Below the pieces are notes generated by a model. It did not search any database and was not told where the DNA came from. It saw only the letters and a program-made list of their open reading frames with translations. From a virus (Duplodnaviria; Caudoviricetes), in IMG/VR virus record IMGVR_UViG_3300037518_000193, positions 1 through 29,262 of that record: a stretch of 29,262 nucleotides of DNA. One strand, written 5' to 3'. The position numbers and the translations under genes were made by a program. Shown piece by piece: positions 23,636 through 29,262 of this stretch. Numbering within the stretch: the stretch's first letter is position 1; the number at the start of each line of letters is the position of its first letter.

Positions 23636-24149
23636 ACTTGACCGCCACATCCGCCCACATGAACCAGAAGTCGTAGACGCCGGTAGGGCCACCGAGCGTA
23701 AGGACTCTGAGCCAGCCCTGCGTCTTGTTGAACTGTGAGCCGACAGGTCCGACGACGCGGAACACCATCGTGCCGTTGGCCTTGGCGAGCACATGCCAGT
23801 TGTACTGGTTGGCGGCGTCGGCATCGCGGAAGGTATTGGGGGAGAACCGTTCCTTGGTCACGGTGCCGGTGGTGGTGGCGAACTCAGCCCAGATGCGAGC
23901 GCCGGCGTAAATCGGGTTGAACGTGTCCACCACCCCGTTCTCGTCGGCGTACCAGACCTCGAGCTTGGCGCGTGGCTTCTGGGCTGGCGAACAGGTGGGG
24001 AACCCAGTGGACCTGATCTCGTTGAACTCGGTGATGATGGGCGGGCCAGGGTCGTAGATGATCCATGGTTCGGTGGCGGTGACGGGGCCGACGGTGAGGG
24101 CCAGAACCACAGCGGCGGCGACGAGCGTGAGTGCGGTGCGTCCTCGCAT
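23628..24149 (-). CDS. Secreted hypothetical protein
   Basis: Signal peptide MRGRTALTLVAAAVVLALTVGPVTA; two Cys; leaderless-type promoter. Confidence 0.7.
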   Translation of the reverse strand: MRGRTALTLVAAAVVLALTVGPVTATEPWIIYDPGPPIITEFNEIRSTGFPTCSPAQKPRAKLEVWYADENGVVDTFNPIYAGARIWAEFATTTGTVTKERFSPNTFRDADAANQYNWHVLAKANGTMVFRVVGPVGSQFNKTQGWLRVLTLGGPTGVYDFWFMWADVAVKCV

Positions 24150-24200
24150 GTCCCGTACCCTACCGGAAAGGACTACCAGCCGCAGCCTCTTAGGGACTAG

Positions 24201-25283
24201 TCACAGTGGAATGCCCCAGCCGACGAACTCGCCGGATGCGACAGGGTCCTCGCCGTCGACCGCGTAGGGGAAGGTGAGCGTGTCCTCGACCACGGTTGGT
24301 CCGTCGACCGCGTAGGGGAAGGTCAGGGTGTCCTCGACGGTGGCTGGTCCACCGTTGCCGAACTCGGCGCCGTTGGCCCTGATCCACGCCTGCACCGACG
24401 GGTGCATGTAACTGTCTCCGAAGCCGCCGGTGTTGTCGAACCAGCAGATGGCCTCACAGATCGACGTGTCGGCGGCGGCGTTGGTGACGATGTCGGCGAA
24501 CCAGTCGTCGGCTACTGCGTTCGGTTTCTTGGTGGCGATCTCGCCGATTGCCCATACCAGGTCGGCGCGGGTGAACCCACCGCCACCAGGATACGACTGG
24601 ATGATGGAGACGATGCGGTCGATGTAGCCGGTGAGACCTAGCTGGTTGCCGCCCGACACCGGACCCCATTCACGCTTGTAGATCCCGGACGTGTCCCAGT
24701 CGTAGAAGTCCCAGCCCCACAAATCGAAGGCAGGGTCGCCGGCCGAGTACCCGGCGGGGATCGTGTCGCCCGCCTGGTAGACCGGGACCCAGTCCTCCAG
24801 GTCGTATGGGCCTTGCGGGTCGGAGGTGCGGGTCTCGACGACGATGGCGGTGCGGATGTCCTTGGTGCCGCGGTTGGTGACGATGTGGTAGTGGAATGCC
24901 TTCTGTGCGGCCCGGAACTGGGCGGGGGTGAATCCGTTGTTCTCAGGTTCGTGGTGGTGGGTCCAGATGCCGGCCTGTTGGGCGGGGAACGTGGTGATGA
25001 GCCCGTTGAGGGCCGCGGCGTAGCCGCCCGCTGCCATCGTGGTCACAGACCCTTTGCACGACCACCAAGAGAGGTCGACTCCGTGGAGTGGGATGTCGGA
25101 GGCGGCGGGTGTGTTCGCCCAGTTCGATGGTGGCGCCCCCGAGGTGAAGGTGCGTCGTGCCCGCAGTGGCCCGGTGCCGGCGCCGCCCAAGGGGTTGGAG
25201 GCTCCACCGGTCATCAGGTGCTGGAACGACGTGTCGAGCGACGTGTTCGGGTGCCGCGATGAAGCGCCGATGAGGAGGCTCAT
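24201..25283 (-). CDS. GH26-like (clan GH-A) glycoside hydrolase, probably virion-associated
   Basis: HHEPEN acid/base, DLWGWDFY, WAIGEI nucleophile, CWFD; ATGA-coupled to tail genes. Confidence 0.7.
   Translation of the reverse strand: MSLLIGASSRHPNTSLDTSFQHLMTGGASNPLGGAGTGPLRARRTFTSGAPPSNWANTPAASDIPLHGVDLSWWSCKGSVTTMAAGGYAAALNGLITTFPAQQAGIWTHHHEPENNGFTPAQFRAAQKAFHYHIVTNRGTKDIRTAIVVETRTSDPQGPYDLEDWVPVYQAGDTIPAGYSAGDPAFDLWGWDFYDWDTSGIYKREWGPVSGGNQLGLTGYIDRIVSIIQSYPGGGGFTRADLVWAIGEIATKKPNAVADDWFADIVTNAAADTSICEAICWFDNTGGFGDSYMHPSVQAWIRANGAEFGNGGPATVEDTLTFPYAVDGPTVVEDTLTFPYAVDGEDPVASGEFVGWGIPL
24253..24338. repeat. Two 38-bp repeats with 48-bp period encoding VEDTLTFPYAVDG
   Basis: 24253-24290 vs 24301-24338, two synonymous differences. 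Confidence 0.9.
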
Positions 25284-25813
25284 GCGTCGGTGCCTCGGCA
25301 GCGGAGCCGTCCGAAGGCCGATACGGCGGAGCCGCCGACGAGGGACCGCCGCACCCACAGGATGAAGCCTTCGCCCGCTCCGACGTCGCCGACTTGGAGG
25401 CCGTTGGTGAAGTCGTAGACGGTGGAGAACGTGACCCCGGCCGGGGCGTCGCCTTCGGTGGCGATGATCGCACCTTGCTGGGTGCCGAAGTCGGCGGCGA
25501 CAACGCCGGTTGGGTCCAGTCCGATGGCGTGGTCGGGGTCGACGGATTCGGAGTCGATAAACACCCGCACCCCGACCCAGGTGTCGGTGGCGTGCGTGTT
25601 GACGCGGGCCCATGCACGGTATTCGACGTCCATTGCGGCGTTCTCGGCGAGGGTGCCGTCGTCGAACCCGTTGCCGGCGGTGTTGTCGACGATCTCGGTG
25701 GTGGAGATCCATCCGCCTAGCGAGTCGTCGGGGTCGGGTTGGGCATCGGCGTCACCGGCAGATGCGGACGGGATCGTGTAGCGCCACTCGAGGTCGGCGG
25801 CGACAACAGGCAT
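25280..25813 (-). CDS. Probable minor tail/structural protein
   Basis: SLGG..FDD..EN..EYR..N motif; position in tail module. Confidence 0.65.
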   Translation of the reverse strand: MPVVAADLEWRYTIPSASAGDADAQPDPDDSLGGWISTTEIVDNTAGNGFDDGTLAENAAMDVEYRAWARVNTHATDTWVGVRVFIDSESVDPDHAIGLDPTGVVAADFGTQQGAIIATEGDAPAGVTFSTVYDFTNGLQVGDVGAGEGFILWVRRSLVGGSAVSAFGRLRCRGTDA

Positions 25814-26784
25814 CAGGTGTACTGCCTGACGCGGATAAGCACCACCAGGTCGGCGGCGAGGTTGGCGACGTCGATGTCGACCCGCAGGTAGTCACCGGCG
25901 GCGAAGGTGGCGGCAGCGTCGGGCCGGTTGTCGCCCGAGTCGTTGGTGCCGTCGGCGATCGTAGGCTCGGAGCCTCCGGCGAACACGGAGGTGGTGTTGA
26001 CGTTGACGTCGATCGTGGCGGGTCCGCCCGACGGTGCGGTGTCGACCATCGCTCGCACGTTGACGATCTCGCCGGGGTAATCCAGCGGCATCCGTGACGT
26101 CCCGGCCCCGACCGATAGCAACCCTCCCTGGGAGGCGGCGAGGGTGTGCTCAGGTGTGACGATGTTGCGGACTCCGGCGTCGAGTACGTGGCCCGTCGCC
26201 AGGTCGGTGGCGCGGTAGCCGTTGACGACGTTGGCGCCGCTGAACTCGGCGAACACCAGCCCGTACCGTGGGTCCGTCACGCCGGGGTCGAGTGACGACA
26301 CGTTGAGGTTGGCGATGGCGTTGCGGTTGGCCCCGGTGCCGACCCCGTTGTCGGCGAACGTCACCGCGTCGTAGGTGTTGTCCGTAGCTGACCCGCACGC
26401 GATTGACCAGTCGGTGCCTTGGTTGTCGTCGGCACCGACACCGAACACGACGCCGCCGCGGGTGGTGTCGACGCGGAGGCGGTCGATGCGGCCACGGGTG
26501 GTGTCGATGAGCACGGCGTCACCGGCGGGGCTGATCCCGTCGAGGTCGAGGCCGTCGACCTGAGCGTCGCTGCCGGTGATGGTGACGATCGGGTCCTCGG
26601 CGCCGGTGACCGAGGTCACGATGAGGTCGCGGTGCTTGTTGTCGGCGTCGCCGCTGATCTCGATTCGCCCCACACCAGAGAGCACGACGCGGTCGTAGTC
26701 GCCGCCGGGGACCAGGTAGTCGCCGCCGCCCAGGCCGAAGTTGCAGCGCTCCATGAAGCCTTCGACCACGAAGTCGAACGGCAT
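25813..26784 (-). CDS. Tail protein with beta-helix-like repeats and C-terminal beta-rich domain
   Basis: GGGAGG RBS, TGATG coupling; Asn/Asp/Gly beta-coil pattern. Confidence 0.65.
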   Translation of the reverse strand: MPFDFVVEGFMERCNFGLGGGDYLVPGGDYDRVVLSGVGRIEISGDADNKHRDLIVTSVTGAEDPIVTITGSDAQVDGLDLDGISPAGDAVLIDTTRGRIDRLRVDTTRGGVVFGVGADDNQGTDWSIACGSATDNTYDAVTFADNGVGTGANRNAIANLNVSSLDPGVTDPRYGLVFAEFSGANVVNGYRATDLATGHVLDAGVRNIVTPEHTLAASQGGLLSVGAGTSRMPLDYPGEIVNVRAMVDTAPSGGPATIDVNVNTTSVFAGGSEPTIADGTNDSGDNRPDAAATFAAGDYLRVDIDVANLAADLVVLIRVRQYT

Positions 26785-29261
26785 CACAGACCTCCCGTCA
26801 GTCCGCCGACATCGCGCAACACCCCGTCGACGAGGACGGTGACGTCGACTGCGCCCGACGTGAGCTCGATGACGGTGATCTCCTCGCCCATGCCGTGGAC
26901 CGCGACGTTGTTGGGGATGGACCACGTCAGATCCGCCGTCTGATAGATGCGGTTGGCGCCCAGGATGATGCGGCCGCCGCCTGCGGTCGACACCTGAGCG
27001 CACAGGTCGTTGATCTCGGTCAGGTCATCGACACCCGATAGCACCAGGTCGGCGACGTCCTTGAGCGGCTGGCGTTGGTCGTAACCGGCAATGAGCCAAG
27101 TGGCTTCGACCGGTCCGGCCCCTCCCCCGGCTCCGAGGCTGGCGGCTCCAGCGTCGAAGATCGGGTTGGGTCGCTCTAGTTGGGGGAATCGGCGCAGCAG
27201 TTCGTTAACCGTTTCGCCGAGCACCCGGACGTTGCGGTCGAGGGTGGCCATGCCGCCGGCGGTGCCGCCGAGAGGTGACGGTCCGCCCAGGTAGCGGGTC
27301 CACGGGTCTGCGGTTACGACCGTCCACGTCAGGCCGTCGGGGTCGGCGGACCAGTCGATTTGGCGGATGCGGCGCGCCAGCTTGGGACGGCCGGGAACGA
27401 CCAGGTTGACTGTGTCGCCGACGCGGTAGTCGGTGCCCGGCGCCGGCCACGCTCCGTCGACGGGTTCGGCGATGGAGATGGCAGCCGACACGGTGGACGC
27501 CAGTTGGTCAGCGAGGTGTTGGGCGGCGAGCGATGTCGCCCCAGCGTCGCCGGGTGTGCGCAGGTCGCCCACGAACAGGGCGCGGCGTCCGGCGTCCGAA
27601 CTGACCGATGCAGCATCGGAGGCCCGCGCCGTCCACCCGTCGGCGCCCTGGACCAGAACCGTGTTGGCGACAGGTGGATTGGCGATGACCGGCCCGGACA
27701 CCCAGCCTTGGCCGATGACGAGCGCCGGTGAATCAGCGCCGGTGTGGTCGGTCCCGGCGCCGCCGGGGTTGTAAATGCCGAGGTCCCATGATCCGGGTGA
27801 GCCGATGGTCGGTGACACCACGAACTCATATCCGCGGTCAGCGAACTGGCGACGGGCCTCGTCGTAGCGTTGCCCCATCCGCATCTCGATCGACATCTCG
27901 GGGTCTGCCCAGGCGGCTCCTCCCGAATCCAGGGTGGTGCTGAATGTCGGCGCCAGGAACAGCAGCGCCTCGCGACCGGGAGCGTGGTCGGTTTGGGCGT
28001 CGTCGAGAAGGTCTCCCCAGATGGCACCGGGCGACGTCGCCGTCAGCCCCCGGAACTGGGCTGCGTCGTCGAGGTAGCAGTTGGGCGACGACCCGGTGCC
28101 GCCCCAACGGAAGTCGACCCACACCTCGGTGGTCACGGGAACGAACTGGGCTTCGATGCGGGTGTAGGTGCCGCCGACAAAGATGGCAGCCTGGTTGGCG
28201 ATCTGTGCCCCGGCCGGATTCCGCACCACGACACGCATGGTCTCTGCTCCGGCAGCGTCGTGGTCGACCCAGCCGACGATGGTGTAGGTGGCGCCGGGGG
28301 TGAGTCCCGTTACGACTTGGCGGGGTCCGCCGTTGGCTGTCCCAGTGTCGGTCACCTGCCAGACGAGGGCCTGCGTTCCGCCGTGGACGTTGAGGGTGTC
28401 GATCTCGAATCGGTTGAACGTGACCTCGGGGAGCGTCCCGCCTTCACCCCCAGGGCCTCGCTGGTTGTTCGGGTACCAGGCGGGGATCGTGAAGCCGGGT
28501 CCGGCGATGGCGATGTCGTCGACGGAGATGGTGGTGAGTGACGAGGGGGCGTTGTCTGGTGACACGACCACGATCTCGGACGTCTCTTGTTCGGCACCGG
28601 CGGTGAAGGCGAGGGTTATCAGTTGGAAGGTGGAGGTGACGGTGCCGGTGAACTGGACTGCGTTTGCGGCCTCAGCCATGACGTAGCCGTTACGGACGAA
28701 TCCGTTGGTGGTGCCGTTGTCGACGCCGCCGTCGTTGAGGCGGACCCCTGCGACGTAGCGGTCGCCGTTGTTGGCGGCATCGGCGATCCACAGCGTCACG
28801 GTGTAGTCCTCACCGGGGATGACAGCGATGGAGCGGCGTACCCCCGAGAAGCCGGAGGCACGTGCTGTGAACCCCAGGGCGTAGCTGCCGGTGCGGGCGA
28901 CTGTGGTGATCGTTGGTCCGCCACGGGCGGTGGCGAAGAAGCCGTCGTCTGGTGTCGAGGTCCAGCCGTCGGTGGTGGCGTCCTCGAAGCCGCCGTTGCC
29001 GCCCATCCCGTCGGCGGGGAGTTCCAGGTCGCCGTTCGCGAACGACCCGGCTGGTGTCGGTGACCCGTAGAGCCAGTCCGGGCTGACGGATTGGTAGGGA
29101 TCGGTGCCGTCCCAGTCCCATGCCTCGATGATCTCGCGGCCGAGCACGGCGTCGATCTGGGTGCCCGACAGTGTGACCGGCCCCTGTGCCAGTTCGTCGG
29201 GGGCGGTGTCGATCAGGAACTCGCCTACCAGGGACGTACCGCGCCAGACCTTGACGAGCGA
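26784..29261 (-). CDS. Large minor tail protein with CBM4/9-like modules (5' end outside window)
   Basis: Frame open to window edge; NGGFE..W..RTGSYAL..IPGEDYTV..VDDI and second module ending YLDD; ANTVLVQG and YRVGDTV tail motifs. Confidence 0.8.
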   Translation of the reverse strand, partial: SLVKVWRGTSLVGEFLIDTAPDELAQGPVTLSGTQIDAVLGREIIEAWDWDGTDPYQSVSPDWLYGSPTPAGSFANGDLELPADGMGGNGGFEDATTDGWTSTPDDGFFATARGGPTITTVARTGSYALGFTARASGFSGVRRSIAVIPGEDYTVTLWIADAANNGDRYVAGVRLNDGGVDNGTTNGFVRNGYVMAEAANAVQFTGTVTSTFQLITLAFTAGAEQETSEIVVVSPDNAPSSLTTISVDDIAIAGPGFTIPAWYPNNQRGPGGEGGTLPEVTFNRFEIDTLNVHGGTQALVWQVTDTGTANGGPRQVVTGLTPGATYTIVGWVDHDAAGAETMRVVVRNPAGAQIANQAAIFVGGTYTRIEAQFVPVTTEVWVDFRWGGTGSSPNCYLDDAAQFRGLTATSPGAIWGDLLDDAQTDHAPGREALLFLAPTFSTTLDSGGAAWADPEMSIEMRMGQRYDEARRQFADRGYEFVVSPTIGSPGSWDLGIYNPGGAGTDHTGADSPALVIGQGWVSGPVIANPPVANTVLVQGADGWTARASDAASVSSDAGRRALFVGDLRTPGDAGATSLAAQHLADQLASTVSAAISIAEPVDGAWPAPGTDYRVGDTVNLVVPGRPKLARRIRQIDWSADPDGLTWTVVTADPWTRYLGGPSPLGGTAGGMATLDRNVRVLGETVNELLRRFPQLERPNPIFDAGAASLGAGGGAGPVEATWLIAGYDQRQPLKDVADLVLSGVDDLTEINDLCAQVSTAGGGRIILGANRIYQTADLTWSIPNNVAVHGMGEEITVIELTSGAVDVTVLVDGVLRDVGGLTGGL

Positions 29262-29262
29262 G

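Noticed and set aside
23981-24010. ZMP/ZTP riboswitch-like string CTGGCGAACAGGTGGG
   Set aside because: Antisense within a CDS; lacks the CCACC pairing strand and downstream pseudoknot hairpin
25284-25712. Arg-rich N-terminal extensions of ORFs 24201-25712 and 25813-27003
   Set aside because: Out-of-frame overlaps with upstream genes; coupled starts at 25283 and 26784 fit better

Overview
About 29 kb of a high-GC tailed phage, probably infecting a non-mycolate actinobacterium (amidase endolysin, no LysB in the lysis cassette, one LPXTG protein). The head module resembles mycobacteriophage cluster B-type architecture. The minus strand carries, from right to left, glycan-binding and hydrolysing tail proteins and a lysis cassette. 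Left of a divergent promoter at ~14.25 kb it carries a small HTH protein, a SpoU/TrmH RNA methyltransferase, a RuvC-like resolvase, a RepA-type helicase, an iteron-like region, TerS, TerL, a DNA methyltransferase, portal-MuF, a DnaQ-like exonuclease, the capsid protease and the start of the major capsid gene. The plus strand (14.3-21.5 kb) is a tightly coupled early operon with a YqaJ exonuclease, RecT, MazG, an AlpA-like HTH, many small Cys-rich ORFs and a mucin-like LPXTG protein. No integrase, tRNA or CRISPR array was recognised. The most unusual signals are non-coding: (i) a promoter-RNA-terminator cassette flanked by 24-bp direct repeats upstream of the capsid gene; (ii) a two-loop C-rich RNA whose loops complement the early-operon 5' leader; (iii) further folded intergenic elements after terS and between lysin and holin. 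All family calls come from motif recognition by eye, and no searches or folding programs were run.
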